The notes beneath the pieces are model-generated. The model saw nothing but the letters and a program-made list of their open reading frames with translations. It was not told where the DNA came from and searched no databases. From Alteromonas naphthalenivorans (GTDB taxonomy: Bacteria; Babelota; Babeliae; Babelales; CAIQNR01), in NCBI GenBank assembly GCA_047631715.1, contig JBLICC010000001.1:20012-84011 (forward strand): DNA of 64,000 nucleotides, in the 5' to 3' direction. Position numbers and translations under genes: made by a program. Below are positions 1 to 9,081 of the stretch, piece after piece; position 1 is the first letter of the stretch; each line of letters starts with the position of its first letter.

Positions 1-228
1 CTTGCTATTGATAAAGATCAGAGACGTAAAGGTTTTGGTAAATTATTGATGAATAGTGGTATTCATAAAGCTCAAGAAGAAAATGCATCATGGGCAGAAC
101 TCGATGTTGCTTCTCATAATAAATCAGCAATTGCTCTTTACGAAAAAATTGGCTTTACGCGTTCAGAAGTTCAGCCTAATGGTTTTGGTTTGTTGGGAAT
201 AGTTCAATATCGTAAAGCATTAAGTTAA
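1..228 (+). CDS. GNAT-family N-acetyltransferase, C-terminal part (5' end lies outside the window)
   Basis: Frame 1 is open from base 1 (LAIDKDQRRKGFGKLL...). R-R-K-G-F-G fits GNAT acetyl-CoA motif A (Q/R-x-x-G-x-G/A). Stop TAA at 226-228. The ORF-track entry 46..228 is the internal-Met remnant. Confidence 0.6.
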   Translation, partial: LAIDKDQRRKGFGKLLMNSGIHKAQEENASWAELDVASHNKSAIALYEKIGFTRSEVQPNGFGLLGIVQYRKALS

Positions 229-243
229 ATATAAAAAGTAAGC

Positions 244-282
244 AAAAAAAAAGACTCAGATTAAATCCGAGTCTTTTTTTTT
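244..282. terminator. Bidirectional intrinsic terminator between convergent genes
   Basis: Stem AAGACTCAGA (251-260) pairs with TCCGAGTCTT (266-275) with one mismatch; loop TTAAA. An A-run lies upstream and a T-run (276-282) downstream. Confidence 0.6.
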
Positions 283-292
283 ATACTTCGAT

Positions 293-335
293 CCTTCGAT
301 ACAATTCCTAACGGAATCACTCAGGATGATTCGAA
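293..335 (+). repeat. Dispersed intergenic repeat, copy 1 (CCTTCGATACAA - hairpin - CACTCAGGATGA)
   Basis: ccttcgatacaattcctaacggaatcactcaggatgattcgaa. The core hairpin is attcc-taac-ggaat. The same conserved ends recur at 7872, 58239 (reverse) and 58316. Confidence 0.6.
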
Positions 336-360
336 ATAGTATTTACTTTATAATTTGTGT

Positions 361-882
361 TTACTTAATAGCTAAAAGTTCAACATCAAAAATTAAATCT
401 GCATTTGGTGGAATTGCTCCGCCTGCACCACGTGAACCGTAGCCAAGAGATGATGGAAGATAGATACGACGTTTTTCGCCAGTCTTCATATCTGCAACTG
501 CTTCGTCCCAACCTTTAATTACATAGCCCATGCCAACAGGAAATTCAAATGGAGTGCCACGATCTACAGAACTATCGAATTTAGAACCTGGTTGTCCGTT
601 AACATTAAGCCACCCAGTGTAGTGTACTTGTACAGTTTGCCCTGCAGTTGGCTGTTTAGCGTCAGCAGCAGCTGGTGCTGTAATAATCTCATATCCAAGG
701 CCAGAGTCTGTTGTTTTTCTAGTAGTAGTAGTAGCAGTCTTGGTTGATTTTGTTTCTTCTGACATTTTATTCTCTTTCTTTCCGTATAAATAAACGCTTC
801 CGGCCCCCGCGAGCACACAAAGAAGTGTAATAATATATTTGTTAGCCATGGTCTCTTTTTTAGTTTTGATTTTCATTGCCAT
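361..882 (-). CDS. FKBP-type peptidyl-prolyl cis-trans isomerase with an N-terminal membrane anchor or signal
   Basis: VHYTGWL...GSKFDSSVDRGTPFEFPVGMGYVIKGWDEAV..M..GEKRRIYLPSSLGYG...IPPNADLIFDVELL is the canonical FKBP domain. A hydrophobic N-terminus and a GGAGCT SD before the ATG are present. Confidence 0.85.
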   Translation of the reverse strand: MAMKIKTKKETMANKYIITLLCVLAGAGSVYLYGKKENKMSEETKSTKTATTTTRKTTDSGLGYEIITAPAAADAKQPTAGQTVQVHYTGWLNVNGQPGSKFDSSVDRGTPFEFPVGMGYVIKGWDEAVADMKTGEKRRIYLPSSLGYGSRGAGGAIPPNADLIFDVELLAIK

Positions 883-1001
883 TTTTAGCTCCTTTTTTAA
901 ACAGCATACATAATTAACTTCTTCTTAAATGGTACCTGTTTTTATAAAAAATACGAGCTTTAATATAAGGGGAGAGCTTAAAGAGTATTTAAGGGGGGCT
1001 T

Positions 1002-1029
1002 TTGACTATGGGCTTTAGGATAGTATATT
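1002..1029 (+). promoter_or_regulatory. Putative sigma70-like promoter for the 1074 gene
   Basis: TTGACT (1002-1007), 16-nt spacer, TATATT (1024-1029), about 45 nt upstream of the ATG. Confidence 0.3.
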
Positions 1030-1073
1030 GAGTATGGATGGTTTAGGTTATATGTTCTTAAAATGGGGTTTTT

Positions 1074-2795
1074 ATGCTTAAAAAATATAAAATATTATTA
1101 TTACATTTCTTTGTTTTGCCGATTTTTGCATCAGAATGTTTGTATAGCGATAAAGTTCGCGATCAAATTGTGCAGATTGTAAAAAATCGAGAGCAAGGAT
1201 ATTCCGCTTATTATATTACGGATGTTGCAAGAAAAAATTATGTTAATTTTTGTAAAGAAGCTCAGCAATCTGTTGACGCTATTAGGTTTCTTGTAAATGA
1301 AAAACAAAAAAAATGGTGTTCTTTGAATCAAAATAGTAATTATGCTACTGAAATTTTGAGTTTTATTTATGGAAAAAATCCATCATTAAGATTTCTTGCA
1401 GATTATTATGAGAATCCTGAACATAGTTTTTCAAAAAAAATATTTGAACAGATGTCTTCAAAACAATTTACAACAAATACATTACGTCATTTGGCTGCAT
1501 CTATAACTGAAACACCAGATAAAATTCCTAAAAAAATTATTAGTGCTCTATCAAAGGCTCATGAAAAAGAAGAAGAGCTTATTAAAGAGGGATATGTAGT
1601 ATTTTATCATGGACAATTTAATAAATGGGGTTTTGTTCAGGAATTTACACGTATGTTGATCAATGCTTTGCATGAAAAGAACTATATACAAAAAGCTTTA
1701 CCAAAAGATTTTTTCTTTATTCAAAACTTTCCAACTCTTAATGACGCGCTTGATCGAGGACTGTCTAATACTATTTTGGAACAAGAAAAAAAAATACGTC
1801 TAGATACTCTTAGACAGGGGTGGACGTATAATGCAAATACGTACAATTTGTACACTAATATGTTTTTATTTGGAAATTCTCATAATTTAGGAAGCTGCAC
1901 ATGGCAGTATGTTGAAAGAAACACTAATATTAATACAGGAAATGAAGTTGATCTTACTCGAGAAGTATTTGAAAATTTAGGTGTAAAAAAAACTGACTAT
2001 GAACTATTTGTAGATTCTTTTAATACATTACTTTTAAAATATAAAAATTGTTTTCAAGCTGGTCGATTGCTTCAAGTTGCTATTCCAAAAGATAAAGTGG
2101 ATGAGTGTGTTTATTTTGGTCATCAAGGTAAATCGTATACAAAAAACGGTAAGCCAGTTACGAAAGTAACAGATCTGTTAACTCATTTAAAATCTGGTGA
2201 TGATAAAGTAATGCAAAATGGGGGATATGGCGAACTTGAGTATGTTATTCCATTAACTAAGGATATTATGCTTAATCCAGATTCTGGAGTTAAGGTGTTT
2301 GCTTATGGTGCGGGTATAAAAAATCAGAAAAAATACAATGCTATTCTAAAAGAAATGGAGCAACTAGCAGAAGATATTGTTTATAGTATGTGGGTTGCTA
2401 AAAGCGGTTCTTTTTTTAGCAAATATTATTCACTGCTTTCAAATACGCTTTCTCGTGCAAAATCAAAAACTAAACAAGGTATTAAAACAGTGGCAGCAAA
2501 GAGCGTAGAATGGCCCTTGTATGGAACATTTAAAGTGTTAGATTGTGCATCTGTTCCTGCAGATGTCTTATCAGAGTTTTTGAGAAGACATTATGATGAT
2601 AATTATTATTATTATAATTATCATTATCATAATCAAACCACATTGCAAGTCGTTAAAAAAAAAATAGCAGTAGCTGTATGGTGCAGTATGAGGATGGGTG
2701 TAGGTTTAGTTGAATTGCCCGGAAATATAACTCGAGATTGTACTGGTCTTCTTTACGAAAAAGTGAGCGGTCAAAAGCCTCATTATTTTAGATAG
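1074..2795 (+). CDS. Hypothetical secreted protein (573 aa), family not recognised
   Basis: Long ORF with a signal-like N-terminus (MLKKYKILLLHFFVLPIFASE). Contains a low-complexity NYYYYNYHYHN tract near the C-terminus. Confidence 0.5.
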   Translation: MLKKYKILLLHFFVLPIFASECLYSDKVRDQIVQIVKNREQGYSAYYITDVARKNYVNFCKEAQQSVDAIRFLVNEKQKKWCSLNQNSNYATEILSFIYGKNPSLRFLADYYENPEHSFSKKIFEQMSSKQFTTNTLRHLAASITETPDKIPKKIISALSKAHEKEEELIKEGYVVFYHGQFNKWGFVQEFTRMLINALHEKNYIQKALPKDFFFIQNFPTLNDALDRGLSNTILEQEKKIRLDTLRQGWTYNANTYNLYTNMFLFGNSHNLGSCTWQYVERNTNINTGNEVDLTREVFENLGVKKTDYELFVDSFNTLLLKYKNCFQAGRLLQVAIPKDKVDECVYFGHQGKSYTKNGKPVTKVTDLLTHLKSGDDKVMQNGGYGELEYVIPLTKDIMLNPDSGVKVFAYGAGIKNQKKYNAILKEMEQLAEDIVYSMWVAKSGSFFSKYYSLLSNTLSRAKSKTKQGIKTVAAKSVEWPLYGTFKVLDCASVPADVLSEFLRRHYDDNYYYYNYHYHNQTTLQVVKKKIAVAVWCSMRMGVGLVELPGNITRDCTGLLYEKVSGQKPHYFR

Positions 2796-2830
2796 TTGTC
2801 CATTTATTCAAAAAATAATACGGGCTTCGG

Positions 2831-2859
2831 TTGCACTTTATGCTTTGATCCGTTATAAC
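2831..2859 (+). promoter_or_regulatory. Putative sigma70-like promoter for the antiporter gene
   Basis: TTGCAC (2831-2836), 17-nt spacer, TATAAC (2854-2859). It is preceded by GGGCTTCGG, which resembles the ppsA upstream region. Confidence 0.35.
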
Positions 2860-2906
2860 AGAACATAGAGAGGGCAATAAATCTATTAGGAAAGGGCTTA
2901 ACTGCG

Positions 2907-4637
2907 ATGATTGGATATATTTTTTCGATATTAATGGCAAGTTGTTGGACAACTACTTTATGGGGCCAAAAGCATCCATATAGCATTCCTCAGAGCGTTT
3001 TTTTGCAAGCGGGGCTCAATACATCGTTTGTAGCAAAATTTGCTTTATTTATTGGAATTTTGCTTGCGGGTACTATTATTGTTGGTAAGTTACTTAAATA
3101 TACGTTGCGTATTCCTATTATTGCAGGGGAAATTTTAGGTGGTATTGTTTTGGGACCATCCCTTATTAATATTGCTCAATTGCCGATTTTTGCACATCCA
3201 TTTGTTGTAGCCGATACTGTTTCTCAAAAATTATATACTTTAATACCGTCTGACTTATATGTCTTTTTTGTATTATTGTTATCTGCTGCTTTAACTGTTT
3301 CTTATCTTTTATGGCTTGCTGGATACGAAACAAATTTAAAAGATCTTATTAAAGTAGGGGCCACTGCAGTTGCCGCAGGAACATTAGGAGCTTTTATTCC
3401 TATTGGTTTAATTGGTGGGTTCTTATATTACTTCTTACCGCATACTTATGGTTTGGTGAGTGCGATTGGAATTGGGTTAATTTTTGCAGCAACGAGTGTT
3501 TCTATTCCGGTGGCCATGCTGGTGTCATCAAATAAAATGCATTTAAAAAGTTCTCAAGCAACATTAGGTGCAGCAATTATCGATGATATTGTAGCTGTTG
3601 TTATGGTATCTGTTTTTATGATGAGTGTGCAAACAGGAGTGTTTGGTAAAGTTCCTGGGTTATCTCATCATGTATTGCAAAGTATGCATTCAGCAAGTTT
3701 GATGCATTCTCTGATATATATGGCTTTATGTTCTCTTGTTATTTTAGCATTTGGATTTTTCTTTATTCCGCTTGCATTAGATCAAATAAGGATACGAAAA
3801 CTTAATCATTTAATGGCTCCAGCAGCTTGTATAATTATGTTGTTCTATTTTGCATTCGTAGAATTGGTAGGTGGACTTGCGGGTATTACAGGTGCTTATT
3901 TTGCAGGGCTTTTTCATAGGACCGGAGATAAAGAGCATACGGCAGAGCGCGTGGCGGCACCGTTTGTGAATGGTATTTTATTACCTCTCTTTTTAGGATC
4001 TATTGGGTTGCAAATTGATATAAGCGTATTGAGCATGCAGGAATGGAAATTGGTAGGAATACTTTTAGTACTTGCTATTATCTCTAAATTATTTGCATGT
4101 TATGTTGCTACTCAAATGAGTAATCTTTCTGGTAGAAGAAGAGAAAATGACTGGAAGCCTATAGAAATTTATCTTTTTGGATCTTCTATGGTGGCACGTG
4201 GAGAAGTTGGCCTGGTGATTGCTACAATCTTGCGAGGAGCTTCTTTGCTGACTCCTCAAAGCTATGTGCTCTGTGTTGTGGTTATTGTACTTACTACGAT
4301 TGCTACGCCTATTATGCTTTCTATCGGATTTGCTTATGCCGATCAAGAAGATCAGAAAAAACATTATAAATTGAATATTGGTCGATTTAAGGCTATGGGT
4401 ACTGAGGGTATGTTTGATATCATTGCTCGGGTACTTGAAAAAGAAAAAAAATTGAATACAACAGTGACAATTAGTGAAGGTCGACAAATTATCGACCTTG
4501 AAGAGCATAAAATTACTATTTTCTTATTGCCTTCGAAAGGGATTATTTTTGAGGGAGATCAAGCTAAAATACAAGAGCTTGTTGCTGAAATTAAGCACGA
4601 TCTTAGACTCGAGATTGAACACATTAAAGAATCTTAG
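2907..4637 (+). CDS. Cation:proton antiporter (Na+/H+ exchanger family, CPA-type) with a soluble C-terminal extension
   Basis: Polytopic membrane protein. GEILGGIVLGPSLINI and the multi-TM layout are typical of the Na_H_exchanger family. The start codon is uncertain. Confidence 0.7.
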   Translation: MIGYIFSILMASCWTTTLWGQKHPYSIPQSVFLQAGLNTSFVAKFALFIGILLAGTIIVGKLLKYTLRIPIIAGEILGGIVLGPSLINIAQLPIFAHPFVVADTVSQKLYTLIPSDLYVFFVLLLSAALTVSYLLWLAGYETNLKDLIKVGATAVAAGTLGAFIPIGLIGGFLYYFLPHTYGLVSAIGIGLIFAATSVSIPVAMLVSSNKMHLKSSQATLGAAIIDDIVAVVMVSVFMMSVQTGVFGKVPGLSHHVLQSMHSASLMHSLIYMALCSLVILAFGFFFIPLALDQIRIRKLNHLMAPAACIIMLFYFAFVELVGGLAGITGAYFAGLFHRTGDKEHTAERVAAPFVNGILLPLFLGSIGLQIDISVLSMQEWKLVGILLVLAIISKLFACYVATQMSNLSGRRRENDWKPIEIYLFGSSMVARGEVGLVIATILRGASLLTPQSYVLCVVVIVLTTIATPIMLSIGFAYADQEDQKKHYKLNIGRFKAMGTEGMFDIIARVLEKEKKLNTTVTISEGRQIIDLEEHKITIFLLPSKGIIFEGDQAKIQELVAEIKHDLRLEIEHIKES

Positions 4638-4729
4638 TGGTTGAGCTTTACAAAAAGCCGCATTTAGAGGATAATAAGAGAGGTTAATAGCGTTATATTA
4701 GAAGTCTGTCCGTAGCAAAAGGAATGCTT

Positions 4730-4945
4730 GTGAAGAAGGGTATCCATCCTGAGTTATTTGAGGTAACTGTTCATTGTACGTGTGGTAACGAGTTTAAGAC
4801 CCGTTCTGCAATCAAAGAAATCCGTGCGACATTGTGTTCTGCATGCCATCCATTTTATACTGGACAGCAAAAATTTGTAGATACAGCGGGTCGTATTGAA
4901 AAATTTGAAAAACGTTATAAAACCGATAAATCAGTAAAGAAATAA
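4730..4945 (+). CDS. rpmE: 50S ribosomal protein L31
   Basis: KKGIHPE...CTCGN...[30 protein letters not shown] at 4730 lies 7 nt after the AAAGGA SD and gives the typical MKKGIHP start. The ORF-track ATG at 4724 directly abuts the SD. Confidence 0.9.
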   Translation: MKKGIHPELFEVTVHCTCGNEFKTRSAIKEIRATLCSACHPFYTGQQKFVDTAGRIEKFEKRYKTDKSVKK

Positions 4946-4969
4946 ATACATTATTGTTGAGGGTGTTGC

Positions 4970-6037
4970 ATGGCTGTTAAGTGGGATGCCATTCAGGCAC
5001 GGTTTGATGAATTAGCAGAAAAACTTTCGGGTTTGGTTGATTCAAAAGAGCGTCCCAAAATTCAGAAAGAACATTCACAGTTATTTTCTCTTTTAGAAAA
5101 GCATCGAGCTGTTGAAGTCGTTGAAAAAGAGATTACTGACACTAAAACGCAATCAGTTGAAAATACTGATCAAGAGATGCAAGAGCTCTATGAATTAGAG
5201 CTCGAAGATCTTCAAGGTCAAAAAAATTATCTTAAGTCTGAACTTGATAATGTAATGTTTCCTCCTAATCCTTTTGATAAAAAAGATGTGTTTCTTGAAG
5301 TCCGTGCGGGTGCGGGTGGAAAAGAAGCAGCTTTGTTTGCTGGTGATTTACTTAAAATGTATACCAACTACGCATTGTCTAAGGGATGGCGTGCAGAGAT
5401 TGCAAGTTTACATCAAACTGATCTTGGTGGAATTAAAGAAGTTGTTTTAAATATTCAAGGTCGTAATATTTACGGATATTTAAAGTTTGAATCTGGAGTT
5501 CATCGTGTGCAACGTGTTCCAGAGACAGAGTCTGCGGGTCGAGTGCATACATCAACAGCAACCGTTGCGGTATTGCCAGAAGTTGATGAAGTAGATGTTA
5601 CTATCTCTCCAGATCAATTACGTATTGATGTGTATCGTGCGAGTGGTGCTGGTGGACAACATGTTAACACTACTGATTCAGCAGTGCGTATTACTCATCT
5701 TCCATCGGGGGTTGTGGTAACGTGTCAAGATGAACGATCTCAGCATAAGAATAAAGCAAAAGCTATGAAGATGCTTCGTTCTCGTCTTGTAACAGCACAT
5801 CAAGAAAAAAAAGATTCAGAAATGTCTGAGCAACGTAGAGAGTTGGTTGGTACTGGTATGCGAGCAGAAAAAGTTCGTACCTATAACTATCCTCAAAATA
5901 GAATCACTGACCATCAAGTTGGTTTAACACTCAAGAAGCTTGATGTTATTATGACTGGTCAGCTCGATGAGATTGTTGTTGCGCTCCAAGAGCACGATAA
6001 AGAAGAGCGTCGTAAGAAGCCTTTTAAATTTTCATAA
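4970..6037 (+). CDS. prfA: Peptide chain release factor 1
   Basis: GGQ motif (SGAGGQHVNTTDSAVRITHLPSG). An RF1-type P-x-T tripeptide is present (RVPETESAGRVHTS) and there is no SPF. SD GAGGGTG. Confidence 0.92.
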   Translation: MAVKWDAIQARFDELAEKLSGLVDSKERPKIQKEHSQLFSLLEKHRAVEVVEKEITDTKTQSVENTDQEMQELYELELEDLQGQKNYLKSELDNVMFPPNPFDKKDVFLEVRAGAGGKEAALFAGDLLKMYTNYALSKGWRAEIASLHQTDLGGIKEVVLNIQGRNIYGYLKFESGVHRVQRVPETESAGRVHTSTATVAVLPEVDEVDVTISPDQLRIDVYRASGAGGQHVNTTDSAVRITHLPSGVVVTCQDERSQHKNKAKAMKMLRSRLVTAHQEKKDSEMSEQRRELVGTGMRAEKVRTYNYPQNRITDHQVGLTLKKLDVIMTGQLDEIVVALQEHDKEERRKKPFKFS

Positions 6038-6048
6038 TATTTTTTAGT

Positions 6049-6077
6049 TTGACACTCGTTTGAGCTCTTGGCATACT
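6049..6077 (+). promoter_or_regulatory. Putative sigma70-like promoter for the 6139 gene
   Basis: TTGACA (6049-6054), 17-nt spacer, CATACT (6072-6077). Confidence 0.35.
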
Positions 6078-6138
6078 CCCAAATAGGTTTATGATTTGTA
6101 TAAGCAAAGTTAAAATATCATTAAATTAAGGGAAGATT

Positions 6139-6462
6139 ATGAACAAGTCTGTAAAAGTTTTATCATTAGCATTATTATTGAGCGCGTCTTTTGTTGTAGC
6201 AGAAGAAGTTTCTACAGAAACAACAAAAACAGTTGAAGTTGTTAAAGAAACTGAGTGCCCAAAAAAAGCATTTAAAGATGCAGCAAAAATGCATGCTCAA
6301 TCAACTGGAGAAGATACTTTAGAAATTTCAGATGAAGATGTTGATGCATTTTTTAAAGATCTAAAAGAAGATACTGAGTTTTCAAAAGAAGCTATCGAAA
6401 CATTTGTTGCAAAGCTTGCTGCAGCTTCAAAAGATAAAAAAGATAAAGAAGAAGCAGTATAA
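6139..6462 (+). CDS. Small acidic secreted protein, hypothetical
   Basis: Signal peptide MNKSVKVLSLALLLSASFVVA, E/K/D-rich body, SD AAGGGAAG, followed by a terminator. Confidence 0.5.
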   Translation: MNKSVKVLSLALLLSASFVVAEEVSTETTKTVEVVKETECPKKAFKDAAKMHAQSTGEDTLEISDEDVDAFFKDLKEDTEFSKEAIETFVAKLAAASKDKKDKEEAV

Positions 6463-6487
6463 CTTTTTTATTTTTTAGTAATTTTAA

Positions 6488-6516
6488 AGGGGTGCTTTCT
6501 TGCATCCCTTTTTTTA
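6488..6516 (+). terminator. Intrinsic terminator
   Basis: AGGGGTGC (6488-6495) pairs with GCATCCCT (6502-6509); loop TTTCTT; then a T-run (6510-6515). Confidence 0.6.
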
Positions 6517-6609
6517 TAAAAATCAAGTCCTGTATTTTATTTTTTTTTCCGTATACTAGTGACATGTCGTTAATTACTTTCTTATATAATTCTTTTTAAA
6601 AGGGCTTGT

Positions 6610-7863
6610 ATGTCACTTTATTCGTACTTACTTGAGTACAATCGTTATCTTAATCTTGTAGGCATCGCAGTTATTATTGGTATTGCGTATGTTTGTTCGC
6701 GTCACAAGAAAAAAATTAATCATAAATTGGTTCGCAATGCACTTGCTATGCAATTTGTAATCGCATTTCTTGCACTTAAAACAAGTGGTGGCCAATACTT
6801 TTTACAAGCACTTTCTAATGGCGTTGGCTATTTGTATAAATATGCTTCAGAAGGTATAAACTTTTTGTTTGGTAATTTGGCAAATGGAGCACAGACTCCA
6901 TGGGGTGTTGTTTTTGCAATTCAAATTTTGCCTATGATTATTTTCTTTGGTGCGTTTACGGCATTGCTTTTTCATCTTGGCGTTGTACAACGTATTGTGG
7001 GCGGTCTTGGTATAGTGGTACGGCCTATTTTGGGAACTACTGGCGCAGAAACTTTGTGCGCAATTTCTAATAGCTTTTTGGGACAAACAGAAGCACCATT
7101 GCTTATTCGTAACTATTTAAAAAATATGACCAAGTCTGAGCTACTTGTTGTTATGGTTAGTGGTATGGGAACAATCAGTGGTTCTATCTTAGCTATTTAT
7201 GCATCGATGGGTGCGCCGATTAAGTCGTTATTAACAGCAAGTGTTATGGCTATTCCTGCAACAATTATGATTGCAAAAATTTTATTGCCAGAAACAGAAG
7301 ATGTTGAAAAAGAAGATGGCAAAGTATCATTTGAACACAGTTCATCAAATGTATTTGATGCAATTGCTACAGGTACATCGGATGGTTTACAGTTAGCGCT
7401 TAATGTGGGTGCTATGTTGTTAGCCTTTATAGCGCTGATGGCTATGTTAAATGGCATTCTTGGTGGAACATGTACGTATCTTAATTCTTATGGTTTTAAC
7501 GTGCCGTGTCTTACGCTCGATGTTGTTTTTGCAAAGTTGTTTTATCCGTTTGCTTATCTACTTGGTTTTACTGGTACTGATGCAACTCAAGTGGCAGAAT
7601 TATTAGGAACCAAAGTTGCTATTAATGAGTTTCTAGCATATTACAAAATGGTTGATATGCATTTGCCAGCACGAGTGCAAGAACTTACAACCTATGCATT
7701 GTGTGGTTTTTCTAATTTCTCATGCATAGGTATTCAGGTTGGTGGTATTGGTGCGCTTGTTCCAGAAAAACGTCAATGGCTTACCGAGCTTGGTTTAACC
7801 GCTGTTCTTGGTGGCGCACTCTCTAACTTGCTGACAGCGATGGTTGCAGGGTTATTTATTTAA
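6610..7863 (+). CDS. Concentrative nucleoside transporter (NupC/CNT family)
   Basis: 417-aa polytopic protein. SNSFLGQTEAPLLIRNYL, GTSDGLQLALNVGAMLLAFIALMAMLN and AINEFLAY are typical CNT-family blocks. Confidence 0.8.
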   Translation: MSLYSYLLEYNRYLNLVGIAVIIGIAYVCSRHKKKINHKLVRNALAMQFVIAFLALKTSGGQYFLQALSNGVGYLYKYASEGINFLFGNLANGAQTPWGVVFAIQILPMIIFFGAFTALLFHLGVVQRIVGGLGIVVRPILGTTGAETLCAISNSFLGQTEAPLLIRNYLKNMTKSELLVVMVSGMGTISGSILAIYASMGAPIKSLLTASVMAIPATIMIAKILLPETEDVEKEDGKVSFEHSSSNVFDAIATGTSDGLQLALNVGAMLLAFIALMAMLNGILGGTCTYLNSYGFNVPCLTLDVVFAKLFYPFAYLLGFTGTDATQVAELLGTKVAINEFLAYYKMVDMHLPARVQELTTYALCGFSNFSCIGIQVGGIGALVPEKRQWLTELGLTAVLGGALSNLLTAMVAGLFI

Positions 7864-7871
7864 AGGATGGT

Positions 7872-7918
7872 CCTTCGATACAACTCTCGACTTTGTCTCG
7901 AGCCACTCAGGATGATTG
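7872..7918 (+). repeat. Dispersed intergenic repeat, copy 2
   Basis: ccttcgatacaa-ctctcgactttgtctcgagc-cactcaggatgattga. It has the same conserved ends as copy 1 but a different internal hairpin (ctcga/tcgag). Confidence 0.55.
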
Positions 7919-7929
7919 ATTTGTAAGTT

Positions 7930-7958
7930 AAAAAAAGGCCGTCCGGTAAAGGACGGCT
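7930..7958 (-). terminator. Intrinsic terminator for the minus-strand 7985 gene
   Basis: GCCGTCC (7938-7944) pairs with GGACGGC (7951-7957). The plus-strand A-run at 7931-7936 gives a U-run on the minus transcript. Confidence 0.6.
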
Positions 7959-7984
7959 CTTCATGTTATGGTGGATGACTTTAA

Positions 7985-9022
7985 TTACATTGGTACTAGG
8001 TCATTAGCTTGTGTAATAACAAAGCTATTATGAGCACTAGGATTATTAATAGTTCTAAGCGTTATGTTGTTTGTACCAGGAGTAAGAAGTTGTATTCTTT
8101 GAGGGGTTATTTCTGTAACATTTGAACCATCATTTGCATTTAAGCGAGCAAGCGTTGGTATTTCTATAAGATGAGTGGTTAAGGGGTCTAGAGTTTTACT
8201 TATAGTAATATTTTCTGTTCCTCCAAATACACTTGAAAATAATGTATTACGTGGGATAGTTAATTGTACATATGCTACTTGTTGGTTTGGTGATCCATTA
8301 TAAATAAAGATATAATTTTCGTATTGAGGAATAAGCGGTTGAATAACATAACGTCCGGCATTTTGGTTTGCAATAGTAATTGCTTTTAGGCCGTTGGCAA
8401 TTGGAATCGGTGTACAATTGTTGGTACTTTGAACAAAAATGTTTACAACGCCTTGAGGAATAATTGCTCGAGTTGCCGTAGTGTTACCATCAAGATTTTG
8501 TATATTAATTGGTTGATTAGCCGCATTGAGTCCACGAAGTGTAATATCTTGCCCCGTTTGATTAATAACATTAATAGTAGCTGGATTTGCTGCCGATTGT
8601 TGAGGAACACCTACTTGCGCTAGAGCTTGTTGGGGTTGGCCAGGTGCATTTTGTGGTTGCTGCTGTTGAAATTGTGCTACTTGAAATGCCGGAGCTTGTT
8701 GTGGGCGAGCCGCTTGTGCTGCTGCGCGTCTTGTAGCTGCTTGTTGGTTTCGTAATGCAGCTAATGGGTTTACAGGCGTTGGGCGCAGGCCATTAGGGGT
8801 TCCTGGAATGGGAGTACCGAGCACAGGTGGTTGTTGCTGCTGTTCTTGTTGCGCTTGTGCAGGTTCATTTCTTGTAGGATGAGGGCCTCCAACAAGAGAA
8901 TGCAAAGGTGTTTGGCGTAGACCATTAGGAGTTCCTGGAATGGGAGTAACCGCTATTGGTTGAGGTTGTGCTGCATAGAGCGCAAGAATGATAAAACTGG
9001 AAAAAAAAAGTAACCGTTTCAT
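7985..9022 (-). CDS. Secreted Pro/Gln-rich protein with a beta-rich C-terminal domain, hypothetical
   Basis: The likely start is Met22 of the ORF-track entry (MKRLLFFSSFIILALYA), with an AGGAGA SD 5 nt upstream. TPIPGTPNGLR(Q/P)TP occurs twice. Q/P/A-rich linkers are present. Confidence 0.55.
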   Translation of the reverse strand: MKRLLFFSSFIILALYAAQPQPIAVTPIPGTPNGLRQTPLHSLVGGPHPTRNEPAQAQQEQQQQPPVLGTPIPGTPNGLRPTPVNPLAALRNQQAATRRAAAQAARPQQAPAFQVAQFQQQQPQNAPGQPQQALAQVGVPQQSAANPATINVINQTGQDITLRGLNAANQPINIQNLDGNTTATRAIIPQGVVNIFVQSTNNCTPIPIANGLKAITIANQNAGRYVIQPLIPQYENYIFIYNGSPNQQVAYVQLTIPRNTLFSSVFGGTENITISKTLDPLTTHLIEIPTLARLNANDGSNVTEITPQRIQLLTPGTNNITLRTINNPSAHNSFVITQANDLVPM

Positions 9023-9081
9023 AGAATGTCTCCTTTTTATAAACATATCTTTGTATATGTGCCAAAAAAGAGGGGTTAATG

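Noticed and set aside
293-335. Hammerhead-ribozyme-like core in the dispersed repeat (CTCAGGATGA...GAAA).
   Set aside because: It does not match the CUGAUGA...GAAA core or the required three-helix junction. Only a superficial resemblance.
564-818. 84-aa alternative-frame ORF inside the FKBP gene. Similar cases are 1131..1331, 4089..4508, 6847..7457, 13236..14129, 17194..17803, 23375..23896, 51444..51863 and 57406..57693.
   Set aside because: They overlap confidently identified conserved genes in other frames or on the other strand, and nothing independent supports them.
2804-2986. 60-aa minus-strand ORF spanning the antiporter promoter and 5' end.
   Set aside because: It has no SD, overlaps a better-supported promoter and gene start, and its product has no recognisable features.
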